A stretch of DNA of 64,000 nucleotides from Dehalococcoidia bacterium (GCA_965204135.1 CBDBDX010000012.1:35503-99502), one strand, 5' to 3'; positions 17,746-27,784 are shown, counted from the stretch's first letter. The notes: generated by a model not told the origin, from the letters alone. Translations and numbers: made by a program.

Positions 17746-18577
17746 ACGCATCTCATACTTGGGTCCCGAAGGAACTTTCACCGATCAAGCGTGCCACGTT
17801 TATGCCCCTGAGAACTGGGAACGCGTAGGGTTTTCGGAGATGCATCAGGTGGTTGGCGCGCTCGTCGATGGCGAAGTCGACGAGGCGATCGTGCCGATCG
17901 AGAACAGCGTCGGCGGGGCAGTAATCGACATCGAAGATTTTTTAGTTCGTGAGTCGAATGTTCAGATCAAGGGCGAGATGCTCCTAGGCATCGAGCAATG
18001 TCTGATCGCGCATCCTGGCGTTGAGCTTTCTGAGATCAAGGTAGTGCGGTCCAAACCGGAGGCTTTGACGCAGTGTCGCACGTTTCTGGATGACCACCTG
18101 CCTGAAGCGGCCCGCGTGGGTACTGCGAGCACCGTCGAGGCGGTCTATCGGGTGAAGAGCGGGACGCGAGAGGTGTCTGCCGTCGGGCCTCGCCGCGCCG
18201 CTGACCTCGCCGGGTTGCCGGTGATAAAAGCTGGGATCCAGGATCGCCAGAACAATGTGACGCGTTTCGTCATACTTGCACCTACTGATCACGAACCCAC
18301 CGGTTCAGATAAGACCAGCATCGTGTTCAGCTTCATGAACCGCGATACGCCAGGCCAGCTTTACATGGCACTAGAACCGTTCGCACGTCGCAACATCAAC
18401 CTCACGAAGATCGAATCTCGACCAACTGGCGATGAGCTGGGTAACTACGTGTTCCTGCTCGATTTCGTGGGTCACCGCAACGATCCCGAAATCTCAGAGA
18501 CGTTGGAAGGGCTGCGCGAGCTGGCTCCGTTGGTCAAGGTGCTCGGTTCGTATCCAATGGCTATCGAGGTTTTTTGA
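17735..18577 (+). CDS. pheA: prephenate dehydratase
   Basis: ISYLGPEGTFT, and an ACT domain TSIVFSF...PGQLYMALEPFARRNINLTKIESRP. TTG start. Confidence 0.9.
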   Translation: MSRKRISYLGPEGTFTDQACHVYAPENWERVGFSEMHQVVGALVDGEVDEAIVPIENSVGGAVIDIEDFLVRESNVQIKGEMLLGIEQCLIAHPGVELSEIKVVRSKPEALTQCRTFLDDHLPEAARVGTASTVEAVYRVKSGTREVSAVGPRRAADLAGLPVIKAGIQDRQNNVTRFVILAPTDHEPTGSDKTSIVFSFMNRDTPGQLYMALEPFARRNINLTKIESRPTGDELGNYVFLLDFVGHRNDPEISETLEGLRELAPLVKVLGSYPMAIEVF

Positions 18578-18586
18578 GACACTGGC

Positions 18587-19036
18587 TCATAGCCATCGCC
18601 TCACACGTTTGGTGTACTCCTCGTATCTGTGGCCAAGTGTTCGGCGCAGGCGGCCTTCTTCCCAAGGAATCGTGTACCAATTCAAGACGGCAAATGACGG
18701 GATGGTTGCCAGCATGATGGCCAGCGAATTGGCGGCGCACCCGATGCCAAAGATCGCGATCAGGAAAGCAAGATAAGCGGGGTTTCGGGACGAGGCATAT
18801 ATGCCGTCCGTTACCAATCTTTGAGTCGGTTTGCGGATGTCGAAGCTCTCGTTGTGCCGTCGAAAGGCGAGGAGCGAGGCAACGAACATCACGATGGCGA
18901 TGACGATGATTATGCTTCCGCTGATAAGATGCCACGGTTCGGTCAAAGGTTCGAATGACCACAAGGTGCTGTGAATGACAGCGGCGATGGCCGTGAAAAT
19001 AGCGGGAGGTACGGGCGGAATGCGAAAAAAAATCAT
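18587..19036 (-). CDS. isoprenylcysteine carboxyl methyltransferase (ICMT)/PEMT family membrane protein
   Basis: LVTDGIYASSRNPAYLAF ... EEGRLRRTLGHRYEEYTKRV. Confidence 0.75.
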   Translation of the reverse strand: MIFFRIPPVPPAIFTAIAAVIHSTLWSFEPLTEPWHLISGSIIIVIAIVMFVASLLAFRRHNESFDIRKPTQRLVTDGIYASSRNPAYLAFLIAIFGIGCAANSLAIMLATIPSFAVLNWYTIPWEEGRLRRTLGHRYEEYTKRVRRWL

Positions 19037-19126
19037 CTGCTTGCGATCCGTATGTTGGGCAACGCGTTGCCTCGTTGCGATATTCTAGTCCAATCTGGCA
19101 TCGCGAAATCGCAGAAAGAGCATGAT

Positions 19127-19609
19127 ATGTCATCCGAGGACGCAGTAGCATACCGGTCCCATATACGGTTACAGAGGATCAAAGGCCCGTACCGTATCGC
19201 GCATTTGCCGATAGACGGTCCGGTCAAGTTTGGCGTTCACTCAGAAGTTGCGGAGCACTACGGCGTTTCGCCCGAGATATCCGAGCCGCACGCCACTACT
19301 TTGGACTATATCGTGGCCGCGACCAGCGGTTGAATGACCGGAACTTTCGGCGGCGCCCTTGAGGCGCGCGGCATCCCTGCAGGTGACGGCTATCTGGAAT
19401 CCGAGGCCGTCGGCGAGATTGAGAAGGAGAGGAACGTACTCGTCATCAAGCGCGTCCACATTACCTACAAATTGAAGGTCGATCCGGAGCTTTTGGAAGA
19501 GAAACGCGATGCGATCGATCGCGTGATGAGGGTGCATCCCAACTCTTGCCCAGTTTACAAGAGCATATCGGGGAGCATCGACGTCACGGCGGATTTGGAG
19601 TTGGTGTGA
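19127..19609 (+). CDS. OsmC/Ohr family protein with in-frame TGA (19331-19333) at the first redox Cys position; candidate selenoprotein or nonsense pseudogene
   Basis: ORFs 18971..19333 and 19334..19609 share one frame. The join reads TLDYIVAATSG-TGA-MTGTFGGALEARG. The second conserved Cys is retained (NSCPVYKS). Confidence 0.6.
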
Positions 19610-19643
19610 TCGCAAGCCGTTTAGTCGCCTTTTCGGCGAAAAC

Positions 19644-19675
19644 AAACCCTTCTCCCGGAGCCGGGAGAAGGGTTT
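19644..19675. terminator. perfect hairpin between convergent genes (aaacccttctcccgg-agc-ccgggagaagggttt)
   Basis: About 14-15 bp stem read directly. A T-rich tract follows on the minus strand (gttttcgcc). Confidence 0.65.
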
Positions 19676-19689
19676 AATCGGCGCGTCTG

Positions 19690-20082
19690 TTAGCTCACTT
19701 GCTGAATCAGCTCGATGCGGATGTCGCCGGGTGCGGCGATGAAGCCGATCTTGCGGCCGTCTGGCAGGGGGATAGGGCCTTCTTGGACTTCGGCGCCCAT
19801 CGCCGTGAGTCGCGCCAAATCTGCGTCGATGTCGTCGGTGTCGAACCCGAAGTGCTCTAGACCGAAGTGGGGTTTGGCGTCGCCTGGCCCAAGCGTTTCG
19901 CCAGTTCGTTCGTTGGAGATATTGATCGCGAGACCGCCTTCGGTCTGAGTGACTATGAAACGATCGCCGAAGTCTCGGACGGTGTCGGACATGATCTCGA
20001 TGTTGAAGGCTTCTACGAACCAGTCGGCGGTCTTCTTGGGGTCGGACGACTTCAGGTGGATGTGGTTGACCAAGTATGGCAT
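19690..20082 (-). CDS. VOC (glyoxalase/bleomycin resistance/dioxygenase) family protein
   Basis: NHIHLKSSDPKKTADWFVEAF, GLEHFGFDTDDI. Confidence 0.8.
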   Translation of the reverse strand: MPYLVNHIHLKSSDPKKTADWFVEAFNIEIMSDTVRDFGDRFIVTQTEGGLAINISNERTGETLGPGDAKPHFGLEHFGFDTDDIDADLARLTAMGAEVQEGPIPLPDGRKIGFIAAPGDIRIELIQQVS

Positions 20083-20179
20083 GTGCTATCTCTCCATCGT
20101 TGCTGAGCGCTTGTGTCAAGTCTAAGCGAAGCGAAATGATACAAAACTTGTCCGCTTTTGTTGCGTAGCCTACCGAGGA

Positions 20180-22309
20180 TCAGGTCGCTTCGTCGACAAT
20201 CTCGATGAGGTCCCGGGCCCGTTTTGTATCTTGCTGACCCTTTGCGGAGATACCCTCTTCGAACATTTGCAGGCAGAACGGACACGATACCGCGACGGTG
20301 TCGGTATCGGTGTCCAAGAAGTGATCTGTCCGGATGTGGTTGACGCGGGTGCCTGACTCTTCCATCCACATCCGACCGCCACCAGCACCGCAGCAGAAGC
20401 CGCGCGAACGGCACTGTGACATCTCTCGCATCTCGATACCTGGCACGGCAGCGGCGATGTTGCGAGGTTCATCGTAGATGTCGTTGTGCCGACCGAGGTA
20501 GCAAGAGTCGTGATAGGTAACGCTTGCCTTGCCGTTCTCTCTAGCTTGCGACAGTTCCGGCGCATCAGACATTGACAGGCGTCCATCGGAGATCAGTCGA
20601 TCAACGTATTGGGTGTAGTGCAGCACTTCAACGTCCCACTCGGCATCGAACGAGTCGGCGACTTGCGAGTATTCGTTTCGCATCGTGTTGAAGCAGTGCG
20701 GGCAGGTCGTCAGGATCGTCTTAATGTCGTATCCGCTGATCGTCTCGATGTTTTGTCCGGCGAGGATCTGGAAAAGGTACTCGTTACCCATGCGCCTCGC
20801 TGGATCACCAGTACACGTCTCTTGCGACGCCAGCACAGCGAAGTTGACATCTGCCTTCTTCAGCACCGAAGCCATTGCACGGGTGACGCTCACTCCACGT
20901 TCGACCAGCGCACCGGTGCATCCGACCCAGAACAAGACCTCGGGGTTCGGGTTTTCATCGATTGTCGGAACGCCGTCCATCCCTTCCAACCAAGAATCCC
21001 GCGTCAGAGTCGTTCCGCTCCAGGGATGTCCCCGCTGCTCCATCGACTGTAATGCCGAGAGCGCGGTGTCTGGCGCGGACGCCTGTTCAAGCATCAAATA
21101 CCGCCGCATATCGACTATTGAATCGATATGCGAAATCCCAACGGGGCAAGCCTCGACACAAGCCGCGCAGGTAGTGCATGACCAGAGCACTTCTTCGCCC
21201 ACCGCGTCGCTGACCATAGAGGTTGCAGCTACGGGCACATCTTGACCAGTCTTTACGGCACCCAAGTACTCGGGGGCGCGCTCCTCCATGTAGCCCCGCA
21301 TATCTTGGATGACCTTGCGCGGCGACAGCGGTTTGCCCGAGGCCCATGCCGGACAGTTGTCTTGGCACCGTCCGCAGTTGGTGCAGGCATCGTAGCTGAG
21401 CATCTGTTGCCAAGTCAGATCCTTGAGGTCCGCGGCACCGAACGACTCCAGTGTCTCGAAGTCGCCCATCGGTTTCAGCGCGCCGCGGGGACGCATCGGC
21501 CTCAAATAGATGTTCAACGGCGAGACGATGATATGCGACAGCTTGCTGAAGCCAAGTGCCGCATATGCCAATCCGATAGCGAATATACCGGCATGTGTCC
21601 ACCACAAAGCTTTATGCGCTGCCACCATGCTCTCTGTCGAGAGCCCGACCGCGTCGAATAGTTTTGCAAACAGCCAACCGATGGGTGACCACAAAGCGTC
21701 GGACGGAGCGTACAGGTCGGAATTCGGATTCAGCTCGGTAGCTCCGATACGCAGGCCTTCTAACGCGAATCCGGTCAACAGCAGTAGTAGCAGGTAAGCG
21801 AGGATCAGCGAATCGTCAGCGAAAGAGTTCAGTCGCTCTGGTTTCACGACATACCGGCGCCAGTACGCCATCGCGACGCCGATTAAAGCGAGGACACCAC
21901 CGAAAATGTCCCAAACGAAACCCGTCTGCAACTTGAAATAAGCGGTCGGGAACGTGAGGCCCAGGTACTCTTCGAAGTTGAATTCGATCGCCCCTAATGT
22001 GGTCGCGACGAACAATATAGCGAATCCCCAAAATATCGCGAAGTGCATGATGCTGGCATATCGTTCGCGTCGGGGATGGAACTTGCCATGCCCCCCAAGT
22101 CCGAATGCGCCTGCTCGCAGAAACTCGCGGATTCGCTCAGTGTGCGACCCAAGTTCGTCGTACTCGCTTCCTACCCTCCAGAACTGGATGCGGCGGTAAA
22201 GCCCGTAGGCGATGAATGCTAAAGATATGGGAGCGATGAGATAAACGATCGCGCCTAAGAACGGGTAGCCGATGTTCCAGAAATCGGTACGTCCGGCAAC
22301 GTCAAACAT
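20180..22309 (-). CDS. membrane-anchored Fe-S oxidoreductase (N-terminal polytopic domain + 2x[4Fe-4S] + HdrD-like CCG domains)
   Basis: CTNCGRCQDNCP, CTTCAACVEACP, FWVGCTGAL, YHDSCYLGRHN, GFCCGAGGG. About 6 N-terminal TM segments. Confidence 0.8.
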   Translation of the reverse strand: MFDVAGRTDFWNIGYPFLGAIVYLIAPISLAFIAYGLYRRIQFWRVGSEYDELGSHTERIREFLRAGAFGLGGHGKFHPRRERYASIMHFAIFWGFAILFVATTLGAIEFNFEEYLGLTFPTAYFKLQTGFVWDIFGGVLALIGVAMAYWRRYVVKPERLNSFADDSLILAYLLLLLLTGFALEGLRIGATELNPNSDLYAPSDALWSPIGWLFAKLFDAVGLSTESMVAAHKALWWTHAGIFAIGLAYAALGFSKLSHIIVSPLNIYLRPMRPRGALKPMGDFETLESFGAADLKDLTWQQMLSYDACTNCGRCQDNCPAWASGKPLSPRKVIQDMRGYMEERAPEYLGAVKTGQDVPVAATSMVSDAVGEEVLWSCTTCAACVEACPVGISHIDSIVDMRRYLMLEQASAPDTALSALQSMEQRGHPWSGTTLTRDSWLEGMDGVPTIDENPNPEVLFWVGCTGALVERGVSVTRAMASVLKKADVNFAVLASQETCTGDPARRMGNEYLFQILAGQNIETISGYDIKTILTTCPHCFNTMRNEYSQVADSFDAEWDVEVLHYTQYVDRLISDGRLSMSDAPELSQARENGKASVTYHDSCYLGRHNDIYDEPRNIAAAVPGIEMREMSQCRSRGFCCGAGGGRMWMEESGTRVNHIRTDHFLDTDTDTVAVSCPFCLQMFEEGISAKGQQDTKRARDLIEIVDEAT

Positions 22310-22367
22310 GCATGTAATGTTAAGCGGACACCGGAATCGCGACCATCAGCGCAACGCTTTTGATCGA

Positions 22368-22850
22368 TCAGGAAGAGGTCCGTGTGCGATTGATGCGGTA
22401 TTCATTCGCGCCGTCCAAGACGCGCTGGAGCGACTCGACCGATTCGATCCTTTGCGGGAACTCCGCTCCCCAAAATTCTTGCAATCCGGCGATGATTTCG
22501 CTGAACTTCATTGGTCGATTGCCGTTGACGATCAAGATCCGGAAAACGGCTTCCAGCAACGACATACCCGTGGTTATGAACTGGACCTTCGAAGGGCAAG
22601 TTTTGGCGGCGTTGTAGATGCTGGTCTGAGTAGTCCTTCCCGGCACGACCGGCTTGCCGTCGGGATATCGTCTGCAGAGCCGACATTCGCCAGACCAACA
22701 CAGCCGTTGCCATACCTTGAAAAGATACGATTCGCCTGCATCCTCGTACGCGCGTTCATCAATCACGTATAGCACGTCGTCGTCCGTTGCTACGGCCGAT
22801 GCGTTCGTGTCGATTTGAGTGCCTGTTGTCATCCGAAGAGTCCCACCCAT
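22368..22850 (-). CDS. hypothetical protein (Cys-containing, no family recognised)
   Basis: ORF with coherent composition, 58 nt upstream of the Hdr-like gene. Contains CWSGECRLC. Confidence 0.4.
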   Translation of the reverse strand: MGGTLRMTTGTQIDTNASAVATDDDVLYVIDERAYEDAGESYLFKVWQRLCWSGECRLCRRYPDGKPVVPGRTTQTSIYNAAKTCPSKVQFITTGMSLLEAVFRILIVNGNRPMKFSEIIAGLQEFWGAEFPQRIESVESLQRVLDGANEYRINRTRTSS

Positions 22851-22917
22851 CTGTTGTGCGTTTTAGACGATACCAAAGAGTCGAAATCCGTTTATGCCAG
22901 ATGCAAGTGCTTTTCGC

Positions 22918-24255
22918 TTATCCGCCGAGCAAGTCGTCGTCGGGCCATTCCAACATCTCGACTTGGATCTCCGCCCCCGCCGGTACGGTTGAGACATCGT
23001 CTGGACAGATCGCGAGGCCACGCGCTCGCGCCATCGAATGTAGCGCACCCGAGCTCTGATTGCCGGTGGATCGTGCGCGGTAGTTCCCCTCGCCGTCGCG
23101 GTACACGTCGACCCGCGCATAAACGCGTCTTCCGTCGTGGTTATGAACGGGATCATCGAGCGTTGCGACGATTGAGGGCTTAGGCAACGGCTCCTTGCCG
23201 AGCATCACGCGGATCGCCGGCCGCCCGAACTGCTCAAACGCGACCATCGCGCTGACCGGATTGCCGGGAAGACCGAGGTGTGGCACTTTGCGGCCGTCAG
23301 GCGCATCCAATGCTCCGAACGCCAAAGGTTTTGCGGGCCGCATCTTGACAGACCACAAGGCGATCTCTCCACCCTTCGCGAGGACGTCTTTCACAACGTC
23401 ATAATCGCCTTTGGAAACTCCTGCAGATGTCACGACCATGTCATACTTAACCGCCTGTGAGAGCATCGCTTCCAAGGATTCGATGCTGTCTCGGGCGATG
23501 CCGATGATGTTGGCCACTGCACCATACTTCTCGGCCATCGCGGCAATGCTGTAGGCGTTCGAGTTGTAGATCTTGCCGGGCTCGCGCGCCTCCCCTGGTT
23601 CCACCAATTCGTCACCAGTGGATACGATGGCGATTACGGGACGTCGGACAGCCTTGACCGATGTACGGCCCAGCGATGCCGCGACTCCGATGACGCCGGG
23701 GGTCAACTCTGTTCCGACAGTCACGACCATCTCGCCGCTTTGGATGTCTTCACCAGCTGGACGGATATTGTCTCCGATTTCCGCGTGCAGCTTTATGCCG
23801 ATCTCAGTGATTTCAGCCCCGTTTTTTCGTCGCTCCTCTTCGTCAGTGTCCTCGAACGGCACTACGGCGTCGGCACCATCGGGAACCGGCGCGCCCGTCA
23901 TAATTCTGACCGCAGTGCCTTTTGCAACGGGGTGCGTCGGTACGTCCCCTGCGGCTATGTAACCCTTGACCGGCAGAAGCACAGGGTTGAACTTCGAAGC
24001 CGAGCCGACGTCCGCAGTTCGGACCGCATACCCGTCCATCGCGGAGTTCGCCAATGGAGGAATGTCAAATTCGGCGATCAGATCTTCCGCCAGTGTCAGT
24101 CCCAATGCGTCGAGCAATGGAACGTCCAGCGGCGTCAGCGGTTGGAAATACGAGAGGATACGATCACGCGCATCTTCGACGCTGAGCATCTCGGCATCGT
24201 AATGGTGGCGATGCGGGCGCTCGTGAGTGTGGGAATGATGTGTGTGTGTCGTCAT
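22918..24255 (-). CDS. moeA: molybdopterin molybdenumtransferase
   Basis: PPLANSAMDGYAV, TGAPVP, STGDELV, GNPVSAMV. His-rich N-terminal extension. Confidence 0.9.
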   Translation of the reverse strand: MTTHTHHSHTHERPHRHHYDAEMLSVEDARDRILSYFQPLTPLDVPLLDALGLTLAEDLIAEFDIPPLANSAMDGYAVRTADVGSASKFNPVLLPVKGYIAAGDVPTHPVAKGTAVRIMTGAPVPDGADAVVPFEDTDEEERRKNGAEITEIGIKLHAEIGDNIRPAGEDIQSGEMVVTVGTELTPGVIGVAASLGRTSVKAVRRPVIAIVSTGDELVEPGEAREPGKIYNSNAYSIAAMAEKYGAVANIIGIARDSIESLEAMLSQAVKYDMVVTSAGVSKGDYDVVKDVLAKGGEIALWSVKMRPAKPLAFGALDAPDGRKVPHLGLPGNPVSAMVAFEQFGRPAIRVMLGKEPLPKPSIVATLDDPVHNHDGRRVYARVDVYRDGEGNYRARSTGNQSSGALHSMARARGLAICPDDVSTVPAGAEIQVEMLEWPDDDLLGG

Positions 24256-24294
24256 CGGGAGAAAGTCTCGAAAACTATGGTAGACCGCCCTGCG

Positions 24295-26751
24295 TTAACC
24301 GCGCAACGTAACTCCAAGTTCGCGTTCTAGTCGCCTCACGATCTGCTCTTCGGCGCGGGCTACCTGCTCAGAAGTAAGTGTGCGAGTATCTGATTGATAC
24401 ACAACGCGAATTCCGATCGACTTCTTTCCATCGCCAACCGCGCCGCCTTCGTAGACATCGAATACCGACGCAGACTTCACCAGCCGGTTTTGGCGGCAGA
24501 TACGCAGAGCATCCCCTACCTGAACGCCGATGTCGGCGACCAGAGCTAGGTCGCGCGGCGAGTCTGGGAAGCGCGGGTATGGACTGTAGCTATCAGCGCG
24601 CGTGCTGTTGCCGACCACGGAGCGCAAGACTTCCATGTCGAGTTCAAACATGACTGCGCCGTTGCTCTCGGCTTCGAACCGCTCCCACACATTGGGATCG
24701 ACAGCACCAACCGTGCCTAGAACCGTGCCTTTTCTGTCGTTTGTCAGGATTTCGGCAGCTTTGCCTTGTCCGTAGGTCGCATCCTCAAGCGGGATGAACC
24801 TCGCTTCGATGCCCAGCGTCTCCAAAACGTGCTCCACCGCCCCCTTCGCATCGTAGAAATCGAACTCGTCACCGTCACCGGCCCAAAGCGAATCGTTTCG
24901 AGGGCCCGTCATTACGCCCGTGAGCCGTTCAATCTGTAGCGGTAGCGGATCGTCCGGGTCGTTATTCGGTGCAAACACAAGACCGGACTCGAACAATGCC
25001 ACCGGACCGCGCCAAGTCCGCGTGTTGCGCGCAGCGGACTCCAGAGTCGGCGCTCTAAGGGAACGACGTAGCGTGGCGTGATGTCCAGAAACCGGGTTGT
25101 CCAACCTCAAACCGTCCATGCTTTCGACGCCGCCTGAACGCGGCGGCGGTGGTGGTGCCTTCTGTTCCAAGTCGCCGGAGATGGCCGCGTAGGTGATCGT
25201 CTGCTTCATGCCATATGAGGTGAGGGCATCCACAACGCGTTGACGGAACAGATGCTTCAATCCAGGTTCCCAACGCGGAAAACTTCCGGTGAGCGGCGTC
25301 GCAGGGAGGTCGTCGTAACCGATAATCCTCGCCAACTCCTCCACCAAGTCCTCAGGAATCGAGATGTCGGAACGCCAGTACGGTATCGACACCCGCCAGC
25401 CCGAATCGCCAGACAGCGATTCGAACTCGAAGCCGAGGGATTCGAATGTCGTTTCGACCTGGTCGTCTGGGTAGTTCACGCCCATGACACGCGATATCTG
25501 CTCACGCTTCAAATCGACGTGCTGTTGTTCGAACACTTTACCCGGCCATTCGTCGATCAGGCTGAGTGCTATTTCGCCCCCGGCAACCTTTTGGATGATG
25601 CGAAGGCATCGCTTGATCGCAACTTCGGCCAGCCCTGCACGCAATCCCTTTTCGAAGCGCAACGTCGCCTCGCTCCTCATCCCTAACATTCCCGCTGTAC
25701 GACGATTGTTCTGAGGGTTAAAGTTCGCGGATTCTAGGAATATGTTGACCGTCGTTTCCGAAATCTCAGTGTTCTCGCCGCCCATGATGCCGGCGAGGCC
25801 GATGCCACCATCAGGGTCGGCGATCAACAACGACTCGCTGTCGAGTTTGCGCTCGACGCCATCGAGAGTCGTAAGTACCTCGCCATCCGCAGCACGACGG
25901 ACTATAACGTGATGGTCGGCGACCTCGTCATAATCGAAGGCATGCAACGGCTGCCCTAGTTCAAACATCACAAAGTTGGTTGCGTCGACCACGTTATTGA
26001 TCGGACGCTCCCCGATCGCATGTAACCGCTCCTGCAACCATGACGGAGAAGGTCCGATTTCGACACCCCTGATGACCGCGCCCAAATAACGCGGCGACAA
26101 ATCGCCATCCACCACGGTCACTTTCGCCAGCGATTCAACATCTGATCCCGACGTTTCGTATTCGAGCGACGGCATCTTAAGTGTTCCGCTTGTCAACGCA
26201 GCGATATCGCGAGCGACGCCGACAACACCGAGGCAGTCTGGTCGGTTAGGCGTCAGCTCTAAATCCAGCACTGCATCGCCGATCACGTCTCCGATCGGTG
26301 TGCCGACCTCGGACGATTCCGGTAGAACCAGGATCCCATCGTGGTCGTCGCCGATGCCCAGCTCCTTCTCCGAACACACCATTCCAGAGGATTCGACGCC
26401 GCGGATCTTCGTGCGACGCAACCGCCGCGTCTTGCCCGGCTCATCGCTGTAAGCATCGAACAGATCCGCACCAATTGACGCATACGCGATTTTCTGCCCC
26501 TTCGCAACGTTGGGGGCACCGCAAACAACCTCGTTAACACCCTCGCCGTCATCGACCTGCACCAACCTCAAGCGATCAGCATTAGGATGAGGCGAAACCT
26601 GTAACACTTCGCCAACGACGACGTTCTCGATGTGGCCGAAACGCTCGATGGAATCGACTTCGTTTCCAGCCATCGTCAAACGATGCGCCAGTTCATCCAC
26701 ATCGATCTTCACATCGACGTACTCGCGGAGCCAAGATATCGGCACTTTCAT
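24295..26751 (-). CDS. pheT: phenylalanine--tRNA ligase beta subunit
   Basis: MKVPISWLREYV, tRNA-binding and B3/4 domains, 818 aa. Confidence 0.95.
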   Translation of the reverse strand: MKVPISWLREYVDVKIDVDELAHRLTMAGNEVDSIERFGHIENVVVGEVLQVSPHPNADRLRLVQVDDGEGVNEVVCGAPNVAKGQKIAYASIGADLFDAYSDEPGKTRRLRRTKIRGVESSGMVCSEKELGIGDDHDGILVLPESSEVGTPIGDVIGDAVLDLELTPNRPDCLGVVGVARDIAALTSGTLKMPSLEYETSGSDVESLAKVTVVDGDLSPRYLGAVIRGVEIGPSPSWLQERLHAIGERPINNVVDATNFVMFELGQPLHAFDYDEVADHHVIVRRAADGEVLTTLDGVERKLDSESLLIADPDGGIGLAGIMGGENTEISETTVNIFLESANFNPQNNRRTAGMLGMRSEATLRFEKGLRAGLAEVAIKRCLRIIQKVAGGEIALSLIDEWPGKVFEQQHVDLKREQISRVMGVNYPDDQVETTFESLGFEFESLSGDSGWRVSIPYWRSDISIPEDLVEELARIIGYDDLPATPLTGSFPRWEPGLKHLFRQRVVDALTSYGMKQTITYAAISGDLEQKAPPPPPRSGGVESMDGLRLDNPVSGHHATLRRSLRAPTLESAARNTRTWRGPVALFESGLVFAPNNDPDDPLPLQIERLTGVMTGPRNDSLWAGDGDEFDFYDAKGAVEHVLETLGIEARFIPLEDATYGQGKAAEILTNDRKGTVLGTVGAVDPNVWERFEAESNGAVMFELDMEVLRSVVGNSTRADSYSPYPRFPDSPRDLALVADIGVQVGDALRICRQNRLVKSASVFDVYEGGAVGDGKKSIGIRVVYQSDTRTLTSEQVARAEEQIVRRLERELGVTLRG

Positions 26752-26776
26752 CAGGCGGGTTCCGATCAGCTAATCG

Positions 26777-27784
26777 CTAGAACTGGCTCAAAAAGCGCAG
26801 GTCGTTTGAGAAGAAATGGCGGATGTCTTCGATGTTGTAACGCAGCATGGCGATCCGTTCGGGCCCCATCCCGAAGGCGAAACCCGTGTACTTCGACGTG
26901 TCGTATCCGACGCCCTCCAAAACTTTGGGATGCACCATGCCCGCTCCCATGATCTCAACCCATCGGCCGTCCCAATCTACAGACACATCCACGCCTGGCT
27001 CTACAAACGGGAAGTAGTCGCAACGGAACCGGATCTTGCGCTGCGTCCCGAATATGCGCCGCGCGAACTCGTAGAGCGTGCCCTTGAGGTCGGACATCGT
27101 CACGCCCTCATCCACCGCAAGCCCTTCGATTTGATGGAACTGCCACTCGTGCGTTGCGTCGGTGGCCTCATGGCGGAAACACAGCCCCGGAGACACGATC
27201 CGCACGGGCGGCTCTTGCTTCTCCATGGTTCGCACCTGCATCGGCGAAGTCTGGGTTCGAAGCAGCACCTTGTCTTTCGATTTTCGGTCGATCCACAGCG
27301 TGTCCTGGAGGTCGCGCGCCGGGTGATCTGGAGGCACGTTAAGCATGTCGAAGTTGTACTTTTCCAGTTCGACTATCGGACCCTCGACGGTCTGGAAACC
27401 CATGTCGTTGAAGACATCTAGGATCTCCCGCATCATCATCTCCGATGGATGCAGCCCGCCGAGGTTGGCGCGCCGGCCGGGCAACGTGATGTCGATCGCA
27501 TCGCTCGGAGCAAATTCCTCTGACGATTCCGTAGTTAGTTGAACCGCTTCATTGAACGACGCTGTCAGCTTGGACTTCAGGCGGTTGAGTGCAGCACCCG
27601 TTTCGCGCCGCTCTTCGGGCGGCAATGAGCCAACAGATCGGAGTTGGGCCGATAGCAATCCGCGCCGTCCGAGATACTTGACACGCCACCCTTCGAGTTC
27701 GGCTTCGGATTTTGCCGCGGCCAATGAATCGAGAGCCGCGCGTTCCAATTCTTGCGTTGATGCGACTGAACGTTCCGGCATCAA
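26777..27784 (-). CDS. pheS: phenylalanine--tRNA ligase alpha subunit
   Basis: HPARDLQDT, FRHEATDATH, GFAFGMGPERIAML. Confidence 0.95.
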   Translation of the reverse strand: MMPERSVASTQELERAALDSLAAAKSEAELEGWRVKYLGRRGLLSAQLRSVGSLPPEERRETGAALNRLKSKLTASFNEAVQLTTESSEEFAPSDAIDITLPGRRANLGGLHPSEMMMREILDVFNDMGFQTVEGPIVELEKYNFDMLNVPPDHPARDLQDTLWIDRKSKDKVLLRTQTSPMQVRTMEKQEPPVRIVSPGLCFRHEATDATHEWQFHQIEGLAVDEGVTMSDLKGTLYEFARRIFGTQRKIRFRCDYFPFVEPGVDVSVDWDGRWVEIMGAGMVHPKVLEGVGYDTSKYTGFAFGMGPERIAMLRYNIEDIRHFFSNDLRFLSQF

